A DNA stretch of 64,000 bases from Marsupella aquatica (Eukaryota > Plantae > Marchantiophyta): the NCBI GenBank assembly GCA_973895155.1, contig OZ316898.1, positions 16,661,420-16,725,419 on the forward strand, given 5' to 3'. Below, in pieces: positions 1 to 12,849 of the stretch. The position numbers and the translations under genes were made by a program. The first letter of the stretch is position 1. Every line of letters starts with the position of its first letter. Below the pieces are notes generated by a model. The model saw only the letters and a list, made by a program, of their open reading frames with translations. It made no database searches and was not told the DNA's origin.

Positions 1-2296
1 GGTCTCATTATGGGGACTAGTACTTGGCAACCAAAAGTTTTAACGTGGGATAAGTTAGGGTCTACTCCAAAAGCTAAGTGGTGTGGAGTTTGGTTGTTGT
101 ACGCTGATGGGCGATATTTAAGTAAAGTTGTTGCATGTAGTACAACGTGACCCTAGGCAATTGTGGGCAACTGCGTTTGCATAAGCATGGGTCTTGCTAT
201 CAACTGTATTCTCTTAATGACGGGTTCTTCTTCTTGACCAAATTTATAACTTGCATTAGCAGATTTATTGTGAATAGTTTCTCTGATTAAACTATTGCGT
301 CTGCATAAGCATGGGTCTTGCTATCATCTGTATTCTCTTAACGACGGATTCACCAATGCCATTTTTGGAAATGGACGTGAGGTACAGGGTATTGAGTGTC
401 TATCCCTGTAGCCATGCAAAAATCTTTGAATGTTTTTGAAGTGAATTCGCCTGCATTATCAACCCTAATCATCTTGATAGGGTTTTAAGGGAATTGGGCT
501 TTTAGCTTTAAGATGTGTGCTAAAAGTCTTGGAAAAACCATGTTGCGTGTGGAAAGCAACGAAACTTGTGACCATTTTGAGGATGCGTCAATAATGACTA
601 GAAAAAATCAAAATGGTCCGTTTGGTGGTTCAATAGGGCCACATACGTCTGCATGCACTCGTTCCAAGAATCTAGGCATTTCATGGATGGTCTTGGAAAG
701 AAGGTCTAAGTATTAATTTTCCTTGAGAACATGCCATGCAAGACTGATTTTGATTCGTTGGACATGCATTTTGTGGTATTCCGTGGGTTACTCTTTTCAT
801 CTTTTGAAAGATGGTCATATAGTGACATCTCATGTGTAGTGGAATGAAAAGCATTCAATTGTGTGACATGGAAACCCAACTGATATGCAAAAAGTGTTTC
901 TTTTATATTCATTCCATCATAAGTATTCTGTAAAATATGAATTACTTCCTGGTTCTTATCTATGTTGGTGTGGATATGGTATCTGTTATCTCTAATGTCC
1001 TTGAAACTAATTAAGTTCCTTGTGGCATTAGGTGCGTAGATGGCGGATTTAATGTGGATAGTGGTGCCCTGAGGTAACATGATGGTGGTGGGTCCGTTAC
1101 CTTCTTCTATCTGGTACTCCCCATAATAGTGGTCATATTTCTGTGGGAGGGAGTAATATGCGTGAAATCTTTAGGACGTGCCGCTATCTACTATGCAAGT
1201 CCTAATGTCATCCAAGGGTAAGGAATCTTGCTGATGTGTAATCATATGTGTCTCAGGGATGGCTTCATCGTGGGTGTAGTTTTCTAGATGCTCATCCTGC
1301 TCTACAAAGGTGCCATGTGCCTCTTGAGTTTTGCTATTTCTATTCTGTTGGTTTAATTCTACTAGGTGTGCAGGTATGCAACATAATTTCTGTGGATGCC
1401 CCTTGGTGCCACATCGAAAGCATTCCACGGGTCTTCCTGGGTACTGTCAAGAAGAGCTGCCCTGTTGGGCTGGTCTTCCTGGTCTTCTCGTTCCTCCATA
1501 GGTGTAGGTGAAGGTCGATCTTCCTCATCTGCGGCTTCCTCCATTTCCACGGCCTCTGCCTCTCCCCTAAGGTAGGTTGATCTTTTGCCTCCAAACTGTC
1601 TGCCTCCTTTGAAGGCTAATCGCCGTCCTCTGCCGTTGTGGCTAAAGTCGCCCCGTTGTCCTCCTCTATTGCTAGAGGGCATGCCGAAGTTTGTCTTGGT
1701 GGTTGGGGGTGGTGGTAGGGCTCCCAGGGTCGCATCTTTGAGTTCTTCAATAGTAACTCTTGATGCCTTTCGGCTAGTAACATGTGAGCTATAAGTTTAG
1801 AGTATTTGATGAACTTCATGTTTCTATATTGTGATGACAATATGATGTTGCTCGAGTGAAACGTAGAAAGTGTCTTTTCTATCTGCTCTTTGTCATTGAC
1901 TGGTTGGCTGCACAGGGCCAACTGTGACGTGATGCAGAATAGTTCACTGTTATAGTTCACTATGGATGTATGGTCTTGGACTCGGAGGTTAACCCAGTCA
2001 TGGTGGCCTCTAGGGAGGTATATGGTCTTGGTATGGTCAAATCTTTCCTTTAGTTGTTCCCAAAGGTTTTTGGGGTTTTCTTCATTTAGGTATTGGAGTT
2101 TTAGGGGTTCTACGAGGTGGTGTCGTATGAACACCAAGGCTCTCGCTTTCTGCTGGGTTGTGGTGCCTTGATCAATGATGATTGTTTCATATATGTCTTT
2201 GGCTATAAGGTTGGCTTTGATGTCTAGTGACCAAGATAGGTAATTCTGTCCCTTGATGGTTAACGGGAGAAAGTTTAACTTCTCTGTGGATGCCAT
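1..2296 (-). pseudogene. Broken copia gag-pol
   Basis: ORF fragments 1616-2296 (Gag), 1362-1682 (RG-rich), 1171-1428 (CCHC and DSG protease) and 706-1080 are split across frames; integrase remnant below 700. Confidence 0.85.
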
Positions 2297-3363
2297 GTTT
2301 CGGGTTTTAGGGTTGGGTTGAGGGTTGGTTCTTGGGTTTAGGTTTAGGGCTAGGGTTAGGTTTAATTCTTGTATTGGTGATAATGTATGTAAGAATATAA
2401 GGTAGTTATGTTTTAATGCCTAATGAGTTTTATGCACTTTGTTGAGTAATGGTTTAAATAGGTTTTGTGCGCTTTTGGAAAATAAAAAAAGGTGATTTTT
2501 CCTTTTCATGTTTGATCTTAGGGTTTCCCTTATTAATATAAGGTTCCTTTTTGTTAACCCTAAGTGTAGTTTAGGTTTAGTGCCGCATGCAAGGTAAGTG
2601 TAAAGGAGGAGAAAATGTGTTTTAGGGTTTGCACTTAGGTTCAGTTTTTCTTGTGTATTTGGTTAACTGCACTAAGTTCTTTTGTAAATGGAATTTCTCT
2701 TTGTTTTGGTTTGCAGTTGTGAATGGTTTGCGGTTATATGCACTTCCCTGGTTAAGTGCACAATTTCTTTTGTATGCGGAAATTTCTTTGACGGGTTTTG
2801 TGCTTAAGAAGGATTGTGCACTTAGCGGGTTTTCTCATATTTTCTCGATGTTATTCGGTCCAATGTTGCATTTTCCTTTCTTTGTGTCTCCTCTCTCTCT
2901 CGACGTCCTAGTTCGTCCTTCTTCAGAATTCTCGTCCTGGGCTTCGGGCTTCCTTCATATTCTGGTACTTCCTTCATTTTTGTTGTTACTTTCTGTCTGA
3001 AATACCTCAACTCCGGGTCAAGTCTTCGTTTCTCCACTAAAGAAGTCTACGTCTTTCTCTCAATAAATCTTCTCAAGAAGTTATTTGTCCCACGACAATC
3101 CACCAATTTCTTCTCTCTCCTTCCTTGGAACTTCCGCGACGTTGTCTGTCCTCTGGACAGTTGCACCTCCGTTGTCTGTCCTCGTGGTTCTTTCAGATGA
3201 ATATTTTCAAGACTACTACTCGCATCCTTCACTCATTCTGATCGGGTGTCCTCTCTTTCGTGGTCTCCTCTGACCTGCTCTCGCCGCAACGCCTTTCTTC
3301 CTTTTCAATTTTCTTCTGAGTTTCATATTTGATTCGCCATAGCCACTGGTCCAAGCTGGTAGA

Positions 3364-3376
3364 AGTGCTGACAACG
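3364..3376 (-). promoter_or_regulatory. Primer-binding site, Bianca-type (CGTTGTCAGCACT)
   Basis: Abuts the LTR end and resembles the CGTTATCAGCACG PBS of Bianca-lineage copia elements rather than TGGTATCAGAGC. Confidence 0.6.
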
Positions 3377-3704
3377 TGTTGAATGTAATCTCCAACTGAA
3401 TCACAACTTCTCCCTTGGGTGTTTATATATAGTACGAGCCCTATGCCCGAGCTTTGCACGGTGCAATGAGGGCTGGCCCACAGGGCGGGGGGCTGAGAGG
3501 CAAGAGAGGGCAAGTGGTAATCGAATCGAATGGATACAAAAATACTCTAAAATATCTAACGGCCAGATTTGATTCCCGCCAATTCTGTATTTCATAACGG
3601 GACGAAAGCCAAAAAAAGGCGGGATCACTTATTATAGTTGTAGATTAAGGGGTACAAAGTTTCCAACCATGGTTAGGTTGGGATTTAACTATGGTGTCTT
3701 AACA
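3377..3704 (-). repeat. 5' LTR of the copia element (328 bp)
   Basis: On the minus strand it starts TGTTAAG and ends TTCAACA, contains a TATA-like CTATATATAAAC (3432-3421), and is followed directly by the PBS. The partner LTR is outside the window, so the outer boundary is inferred from the terminal motif. Confidence 0.7.
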
Positions 3705-3887
3705 AACACAAGTTACTAAGTAACAAATTTCATAAAAGGCATGCAGATTTGAGTTTTAAAAGTTCTTTTGACTTTTTCATACAATATTAACATTGCCACT
3801 GTTCCAAAAAGCAGTGAGGTTGGTAAAGCTACGGTGCTTACGTGCTTTAATATGGCCTTAACTCTTTCTTTTGTAATTTGGATATGT

Positions 3888-4165
3888 ACAATAGCCACAA
3901 TGTATTCAACCAAGTTGGGAGGCGACGCTATGGGGTATCCGTGGGTGCTCCAATGTGGCTGTAAGATCCTTCATTTATAGTTCCAATACAATAGTCACAT
4001 CGCATTCAACGAAATTGGGAGCCCATGCTATGGCACTTGGGTGCTCCAATGTAGTTGTAAAATCCTTCTAGTTTGAATACAATAGCCACAATGTATTCAT
4101 TCAACCAAGCTACGGGGTGCATTGCTACGGGGCTTAGGCAGGGGCTTGGGTGCTCCATTGCAGCC
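3888..4165. repeat. Degenerate tandem repeat, ~95-bp unit x3
   Basis: ACAATAGYCACA...TTCAAC...TGGGTGCTCCA recurs three times. Confidence 0.7.
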
Positions 4166-5899
4166 AAGGGCTATGGCACTCTCATGATACATGCACTACA
4201 CAGTTACCTTTCAACATTACTACACAAGACCAACCATAGTGTTATAGGGCTGCATGGAGTCGCAGAACTCGACTCCCTAGCCCCCCACTCCCAGTAAAAA
4301 ATTGCTACCCCATGTGAACGGACCCCCTGGTACACCTTGTTATTATTTTTGGAACATTAAAATTTTACCTTGTTATTTAGAAAACCCAACATTTTGGCAA
4401 TACTTCATACCCTTCAGATAATTACAACATATAGATTTGATGGATTTTCTGTAAGCTTCAATAGTTACATCTTCTTAGTTCAAAGAAAATAATTTACCCA
4501 AACGGACCATAATACTTCCAGCACTAATGTTTGCACTTTATTGATAATACTATTTGAGAATAGCAATTACTCATATATGCCTATTTTGCAACATGATAGA
4601 AATAACAAAACACATGCAATCTCCTCCCTAATAGAGGAAATATGATTGGTTTTGTCGGACTCAAACCCAATGACACCCTAAAACCGGGCGTACAACCTTG
4701 CGTAGAACTTGGGCCACAGATCGATAATTGGAGGGCCCTGACCTCCCCTCCTTTGGATCCAATGGGCAGGGATTAGCCCCATGTGTTTTCTCATAGGGCA
4801 GTCTGGGGGCAGTCTCAATGGTTCAAAAAATCCACCTTAAGCCCCTCAATATACCCTACTCTAAACCGAGCCTCTAAAAAATCCACCCTAAACCCCACAA
4901 CTTCCAAAGACATACCAAAAGCCATAGACACATGTACCTATCAGAGGATGACATGTGTACCACTAAGATGATGCAGCATGGCAGAGATGATCATATACCC
5001 CAGCCCCTTCCCAAACACAAATGGGAGCAGAATATATATCAAGTGCCCTTCCTTACTTAGAAAGTGACATTTGTATATAATTGTGGGTTGTTCAGTTACA
5101 AGCAATTGTAAAAATTACCACGATATGAATAAAATTGACCCTTGAATTGTTCTCACGCCCAACCTATTTTACCTAAGAATGGGGGCCCAAGGTCCAAAAA
5201 ATCTTCCCCATTAGTTGGATTCCCCTCACTCTAAGTATCTTCCCCATTAGCAGGATGGTAGCAGATGTCACAATTGGCCATACTTAGAGTGAGGGGCATC
5301 TGCTACCATCTCCTTAGAAGGATAAATCCTCCCAACATCCTTTGTCATGCACTTGTTGTACCATGTCTTTCCATGCCCATGGCTTCTTGCTGCTAAGACA
5401 TAACAATGTCTGATACTTCTCCAATGGCATCATCAATCAATAGCTTCTACTGAAACCTATCTGCATTGATCAACCAAGATGTTTGAAAGATGTTTGTGCT
5501 TATCCTGCGTACAAGAAATTACAAATAAGGGTTCAAGTTAGACCTACCTACTTTGAAACAATGCTTTGACAGCTTGGAGAGGCTCTTCAAGATATATTGG
5601 CATCTTGGAGACTTGATCAGGCTCTCCGACAATGCATTCACATCTCAAAGAGCCTCTCCAAGATAAGTTGACATTTTGAAGAGGCTCTCCAAGATAGCAT
5701 TTCTGATGATAATTTGCAAGTCAACAATTCTCTCTATCTTGGAGCTCGTCTTGGAGAGGCTCTCCGGGATAGCATTGGCTGTCTAGGTCCAAAAGAAACC
5801 AAATACAAAAACAATAAAAAATTAGCACATTCAAAAACTAATGCATTCAGGCTGTGCATTATCTGCTCAATCTTCTTGAATCCTTGTTTTTTAGGCTGT

Positions 5900-6260
5900 A
5901 GGTGAGGTAACCTCACACATGCATGGATGGTATTTATGCTTGCAGGATACTCTTCAGCAACTTGTCTCCATGCGTTCATGCAATGATTCCCATCAAACAC
6001 CTAGAACATCTTCTTCTTCAAATCGTGGAACTCAGCATAATCATCACATTTCACCTCAAATTTGTCATTAGCTTCTTTCCATAGAGGGTCCCAATCCTTA
6101 GACAATTCAAACATCAAGTAGATTGCGTTATGCGCATCAGTCTCTAAAATGTGGAACTCTAAAAACTTCCACATACCCATTCTTGACGAAGTCCTTCATA
6201 TTCACAATTGATCTTTGTTGGAGAGTCCAAATTGCCTACATGGTCATCAAACAACATAGT
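5900..6260 (-). pseudogene. Decayed ORF with a ParB/sulfiredoxin-like DGNH(R) motif, probably a transposon accessory gene
   Basis: Minus-strand translation through a stop: YLMFELSKDWDPLWKEANDKFEVKCDDYAEFHDLKKKMF*VFDGNHCMNAWRQVAEEYP. The family assignment rests on the motif alone. Confidence 0.4.
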
Positions 6261-7965
6261 GGAATTGAGGTGACTCTTTGGGCTTTCTGCTTGCTTGGGC
6301 TCCAAAGGAAACCAAGTACTCTCCAACAATTTGAAAGCACCCTTGTTTAGATGTTTAGCAGACACATTTTCAGAGTTCAAAACTTTTGGCTCCAACTTCT
6401 TTGTGTTCATTGTTTCCCTAGCATTGCCGGTGCTCTCTATTGTCTTTGATCGTGTCTGCCAACTAGACAATGAAGGAGAGGCAGCAGCTTGCTTTCACTT
6501 GGATAACACCTTCCTTTCACTACTATTGCCCTCATCAACAACTCAATCTATTGCATGATTCCTTACTAGCTAAATTGCACAGCCTGACTATACATTGTTG
6601 ATCACCAACAACTCAATCTGATCTTGACAGTGCAACTACACTTGCACACATTCCTGATCACCAACAACTGAATCTGCACCCGAGAGCAATTTCAAGTCCA
6701 AGTTCCAACCCACTCTCTATAGCTCAATTGCATAACAAGACTACACTTGCACACGATCTGGATCTTCAACAACTCAATCTGGTGCGCCTCAGTCCTACTT
6801 GCACTCTGAACTACGAGTGAGTCCTGCAACCAAGAGCAAGGCAAGTTCTTGATAAATCAAAAAATTTATGGTACTTTTGTGAAATTCTTAATTTTGCTAT
6901 AAATCACTGATGCATCAGTGTTGAAATTGTTTTACTTTGAAAGGTAAAAGTATTAAAAAATGCATGAACCTCATCATCCCTCAGCATCTTAATAGACAGT
7001 AAGAGTAAGGCGCGATCAAAACCTACTCTTTAAGAGGCTCTAGAGTGAAACCTCTGGACCAGGACACTAAAGAATCTTAATAGTAAAGAGGGATCAAAAT
7101 GACACTATAGGAATCTTAATAGCAAAGAGTGATCAAAAACTATTCTTTAAGAGTCTCTAGAGTGAAAACTCTAGACCACGAAGATAGAGGAATAGTTCAA
7201 AATATATACATAAAACTCGGATATATGGGAGCAAATAAAGGAAAAAAATAAGGAATTGTTTTTGCAATACGTTTTTCTGTCTCATCTCCCTTAATTTCAA
7301 GGACCGGGTAACTCTGCAAAGCGCGTAGCGTTGGGCTAGTAAAGTAATTTCCCGTCGAGCCCGTTGCAGTGTCGCGTACGCCGTACATATTGCCAGTTAC
7401 CGGCAGGTTTTGAAACGCGGAACCAAACCCTAGTGTAGTGTATTACTTGTGTATGTAAATATAATGTAGTGTAAGTGTTAGTGTAAAGTCCCGTTTCTTC
7501 CTATTCGTCGGTTCTCCCCTGACCCTTCGTTCCCGATCGAGTTCGCAGCACAAGTCGTGACTTTACGCAACTCGATAGAAGGTGCAGTAATTGCGAAGCG
7601 GAGCGAGAGCAGAACGGAGAGGAGAGGATTGATCTGGCAGCTCTCAGTGATGCAAGCCGTGAAATGGAATGCATTCGCCGTAGAAAGCAGCCTATTCGAG
7701 GCGTTCCTGGGCTTCGTCTGGCAATGCGAATGACGAAGGCTCGTCCGACGAATTTGCGTGCCAAAGAATTTTAGCGCATGAATCGGGCTCTGTGGTGCGA
7801 AACTCACGGCACTGAGTTCAGTTGCTGACGCGGATTGTTATAGCTTTCTCCGGCGCTCGCTGGCTGGCCGGCATGTTCATTGGGTAGTGCGGTATTGCGA
7901 GCAGGGAAGAGAATAGAGGAGGGATTACAATAGAGAAAGATAAAAGAGGAGTTGTTAGGTTCAAG

Positions 7966-10900
7966 ATGGTGAATTGGTTGAATGGGTTACTCTATGGGGT
8001 CGGGGGACTTGCAGGAACCTGCATAGTGCTTCTGGTGACCCTGCAGGAGAAGTTGGTCTATGTGCCGGTGATTCCGGGTATGAGCAAGGACTACCCTATC
8101 ACGCCCTCACGGCTGCGTATGAAGTACGAAGATATTTGGCTGAGAACGAAGGATGGGGTCAAATTGCACAGCTGGTTTATCAAGGTGCAACGGCCTGTTC
8201 GCGGTTAGCCTACAACACACTGTGTCCTTTGCTTTTTCATTCTTTCTAGCATTTTCCCTCTACACTAAGAGTGAACGGTAAACCATACAATCGTGAGACT
8301 CTGGAGTTCTGTTCGTTGGTTATAAGACGATCGTTTGTCCTTCATTTTTGAAATTCTCACGTAAGTGTTCTATGTTAGGGTTGCTCCGTTTGTCCATCAG
8401 AACGTTCCAAGCCTTCGTCTCTAGTTATTATCGCCTCCTGGAGACATCAATTTAGTAGAGAGCATATTCTCCGTCCACTGCAAAGTTTATGCAGTCGATT
8501 TCGTCAGTATCTTAGATGAATCTCGATCTGAATACCAGTAGTCGAATCATCACCGATCTAGACTAGGTCACGTCCAGAGGAAAGTACTTTCATCCTTTTG
8601 TGATGACCTCTCTGCTTTGTATATGTGCTTGACAAGCCGCACATTTACCGCGGCAAAGCAGCAGCAAACACCTAGGATACTTCTGAAAATCTGTGCATAT
8701 TTGGACCATTACTCGACTTATTGCAGCTACTCACTGCCTGTATCTAATTGCAGGTCCTACAATATTGTTCTTTCAAGAGAATGCTGGCAGTATCCTTCAT
8801 TTAAATGCTGCATTTTACTCATTTGGAAAAGTGGGAATCGTCTGTGAATGAACTTTCAATGAGGGTATCATAGTACAATGATTGTTTCAGTCGTTTAAAA
8901 ACGAATTCCTAGGACTGGTAGTTTCAGTTTGCCTTTTTCTGACATTTGCTTAGGGGAAATTGACTTCGCTTTATTGAACGATCGATGTTTAATTGTATGA
9001 GTCAGTTGTCTTACAAGTCGGATTTTGTCTTTCAGTTGGCCTCTCGTGTACCCCCAGAGAGTTGTGGGTCAAGGATGCGTGTGATTAGAAGCTACAAACT
9101 CTTAGTTTTTAGAGATCGCAAATGGGTTTTGTAGAAATGTATTCTATGGTGACTTGACATCCTCAACCTGGCCGGTTAGACATTGCGCATCGACTGGAGT
9201 TTGTGGATCAAATGATGCAACGCCTGAATTGCAATGTCTTCATGCTTTCATACCGCGGGTTCGTCTGAATCTAACTTGTTTTGAATTGTTACTTTGTGTA
9301 TGGATCTGCCTGGATATTAGACTAGTTTTCTGTTTTGCCTTTCGATGTGAATTTTAAACTTCGATCAAAATGTTCATTTGAATTATGTTATCCTCAATTT
9401 CAACACTTCTCTCTTGTACTGCTTAGTGGATGTGACTACGTCCGAAACTTCGTGTTTCTGACTCAGATCGTGGAACTTTACCCTTCTAGCACACGAGTAG
9501 CGGTGAGGCAACTGGCGGTCACTTTGACCTTACAAATATTTCCAGACTAACGTGTCTGCTTATTTTGCAGATACGGAGCAAGTGACGGGTTCCCTTCTCA
9601 GCACGGTCTTATATTAGATGCACAGGTAATTCCTCTGAATTCTTGCCTGCCTGGCGCAATGAGAAGGGTCACGCATTATATTTTCTTGTGCAATTGTTCG
9701 AAGAGAAGGCGCCTGCCATTGCCCATTTAACACGCAAAGCCTTGTTTGAATGATTATAATTTTCAGGCGGCCTTGGATCATCTCTTGTCGAGGGCAGACA
9801 TAGATCACGACAGAATTGTGGTCTTCGGAAGATCATTGGGTGGAGCTGTGGGTTCTGCTCTTCTTGCAAACAATCCTGGCAAGGTTTGTCATCTAGCTTT
9901 CGACAAGAAGGGTCTTTGGGTGGATTACCTTTTGTCCTCGCCGAAACGGGATAGAGATTGTTTTCCTTTTTCAGTTGTGAGGTTTTAAGATAATTTGTAT
10001 TAATACGTTTTGCCTTTAAATTTTCCTCTGAATTAGCCTAAGCAGTAGTATCTTTTTGCTGTCATTTACGCTTACCGTGGCCGTTTGCAATGATGAAGGT
10101 TTCTGCACTTGTTCTAGAGAACACTTTCACTTCAATTCTGGACATGGCAGGCGTCATGATGCCAATCTTAAAGTATGTCATATCAGGCACAGGAAGTGGT
10201 GGCCTTCAATTGCTAAACTTCCTGGTTCGGTCTCCATGGAATACTATTGATCTTCTTAGAAATGTGAGTGCCACCATTTCTGCAAGATCTTGACGTTGGT
10301 TTTGGCGCGGTTGGAGCTCTCTTTTCATATTCTGTTTTGCGACATTTGAGGATGCAGGTTTTTTCCAGTAACAGTAGACGAATTATGTCGTTAAACATGC
10401 ATTATGGAGTAGCAAAGAGGGGGATTAATATTTGTAATTCGTTTTAAGTGGCGCGTTGCTAGCTAAATTACTTTCTGTGCTTAGAAACTGGCTGTTCTAA
10501 GTATACGGAAGCAGTCAGAAGCACAAGCCTGAAAGATAATATTCTGAAGGAGTCTGTACGGACCCTCTTAGGTGTTGTGTCTGATTTATAAGGTAGTGGC
10601 TTTCAGCTAGCCTCCACCAGAAATTACCAGACAGTTCACACAATTGAAGAATAAGTGTCACGTGATTTTTGGGTTTGCCCTTGCCCTGAGAACTGTAGAA
10701 TAATAAAAAGTTAGAATGTGACGAAAATAGAGTGTCGTAGAAATCTTTGTAACTTTGAAGCTCTTGGGCATTTGGAATTTTTTGTGCCTGAATATAATCC
10801 TGCAAGTCATTATTCTGATTTTGCAGGTCCATGAACCAGTTTTGTTTCTGTCGGGCCTGATGGATGAGATGGTACCCCCAGCACACATGCGACGACTCTA

Positions 10901-11093
10901 TGATGCTACAAGAGAGAACACAGCGTGCACATTCATCGAGTTCCCAACAGGCATGCACATGGATACTTGGCTAAGAGGGGGCGAGCGGTATTGGCGAACA
11001 CTACAGGTTTATTTGGAGCAACATTCAAGTGGGGCCCAAAGTAGGAGTGATGTCAGTACCATCACAAGTGAGGATAGCCGTAGCGAACATTGA
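7966..11093 (+). CDS. WAV2: Alpha/beta hydrolase, WAV2/BEM46/ABHD13 family. Inferred exons: 7966-8203, 8754-8789, 9180-9258, 9571-9625, 9767-9883, 10099-10263, 10827-11093
   Basis: N-terminal hydrophobic anchor then LQEKLVYVP; FFQENAGNIAHRL; SYRGYGASDGFPSQHG; nucleophile motif GRSLGG; ENTFTSI; DEMVPP; HMDTW. GT-AG introns keep the frame. Confidence 0.93.
8790..9179 (+). other. U12-type (minor spliceosome) GT-AG intron in WAV2
   Basis: 5' splice site GTATCCTTC; branch-point-like TCCTCAAC (9160-9167) about 10 nt before the AG; no polypyrimidine tract. Confidence 0.8.
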
Positions 11094-12849
11094 GCCCATG
11101 GTCGCCATATAGACAAGATCGTAGGTGAGTGTAATTGACTCACCCTATTTAATATTTACCAACCAAGAATTTGTGACGACAAAACTTCCCTGCATACAAT
11201 GAGGTGATCGAGCTTTCAATTCTGTGTGAACTGATCACAAAGAGCGTCCAGTGTGACCAGGGTCACTCCGTCAGGGTCAGCATTTTGATGATGGTCTAGC
11301 AGCACATGAAAGTAGATCTTTGTTGGGCACGCGCAAGTTCCCATAGGTAGAGTAGCAGTCGCAAATCTATCAACTTGTAGCTCTCACTGAACTGCGTGGA
11401 TTTTGGTACTTTCGTAGAAAGAAAATCGAAGAGAGGTAGATGTATCATATCCTGGTTTTCAAATCAACTGTCATTTGATGTTAGTCTTCAGATGGCTACA
11501 TGCTCCTTTATAAAAAGCGGACTCGGACAGTAAAAGTTGGTGTCTTGCATATTGTTCTGTTGTCGTGCGAGTTGTGGAGCCATTCCAATAATGCACGGAT
11601 TCGTGCCCATTACCTATTTGAAAGAGTGGTGGTCACTGTATGAACAACGATGCGCTTCAAGGACGAGAATTAGTGTTGCAGGTCCTTCGAGGCGAGCTAA
11701 TACTATGCCGGTATGATGACGTTTGTCTGGACCGAATTTCACCTCTTCTCATCCCTTCGGAGCAACTACTCTAGTAATTTCCCCTCCTCCTGAGGTTGAT
11801 TTTCTCTGTCATAACATTTAAAAACAGCTATATGACATTGAAGAACAGTTAACTGATGAAGATATCTCTTTCGTACCCAGTGCTCTTCGATGTTCGGAGG
11901 ACTCTTCACAACGCTTGCGAGCGAGTTTTTGGTTTGAGGACAACTTCCTGAGGGTGTATTGATCTGAAGGCCAGCTCTCAGATTTCATTGAGCTGGAAAC
12001 AGTAGTCTCTAAGTTTTTTTTTGGTGCTAAAAGCATCTCCTCTGCACGGTTTTTAGAAACACTTCTGCCTTTCTTACATCTTGCACTCCTATCCTTGGCA
12101 GGATGGCCCAGAGAAGGAACAGTGCCAGCGAGTTTTTTCTCTCTTCGGAAAGTTTTGCGGTTCGAAGCGTTGCCCTGATCTTGCTCACCTATTTTTGACA
12201 GGAGGGATGTGATTTTGTTCGTTGGAAGAGTGCTAGTGATTTCTAGCTCGCGAAAGTAAACAACGCATCGAGGACAAGTGAACAACTTTGCATCTTCTAT
12301 TTGAAGTCTTGTTCAATGATTGTCATGATTCAAAGCGGACTATGATCTGTCGGAGGGTTTGAACACCTATTTTGCTCAAAGGCGGTTCTGGAAATCGAAC
12401 AGTATCAGCAACATGGTGTATTAGTAATCTCTTGTAAGCCACGTCGATGGAAACTCTGGCGATACACATGTACATCACGGGTAACATATTTATGAATCAT
12501 CAGTAAGTATATCCCGTCTAGCAAGTGCATGTGCCCCAATTGAAATCACACAGATGGTGGGAAGCAGATGAAGGGATTTGATCGAGTGTGATTGTGGGAA
12601 AAGAAAATGTTGACTTGCCTTCCACGCAAAAGAAGCGACATCAGTAGCTTCCACCATTTCAAAAGCCTTTTTATTACGCGCCCAAAGAAGCACAGGTGGT
12701 GAGGCCCAAATGTTGGCCTGAGCAAGGGGTCCTGCATAATTTATATTATTGATGCGTCGAGCATAATTTACTTCCTTTGTTGATTCTTTCACACGTTTCT
12801 AGTAGAAATGTGGGATGAGTGATTAGCTATCACACTACCAAATAACGAA

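Larger units (their letters stand above)
1..3704 (-). mobile_element. Degenerate Ty1/copia LTR retrotransposon (Bianca-like), 5' part; continues off the left edge
   Basis: Minus strand order: LTR (3704-3377), PBS, leader, Gag (MASTEKLNFLPLTIKGQNYLSWSLDIKANL, similar to Bianca-type Gag N-termini), zinc knuckle CFRCGTKGHPQKLC, protease CIVDSGTS, then integrase (HADVCGPIEPPNGPF near 660-615). Many stops and frameshifts. Confidence 0.85.

Noticed and set aside
11818-12285. 155-aa minus-strand ORF downstream of WAV2
   Set aside because: Low-complexity Ser/Lys/Arg content, non-ATG start, no family recognised. It could be an exon of an unrecognised gene but I cannot support that.
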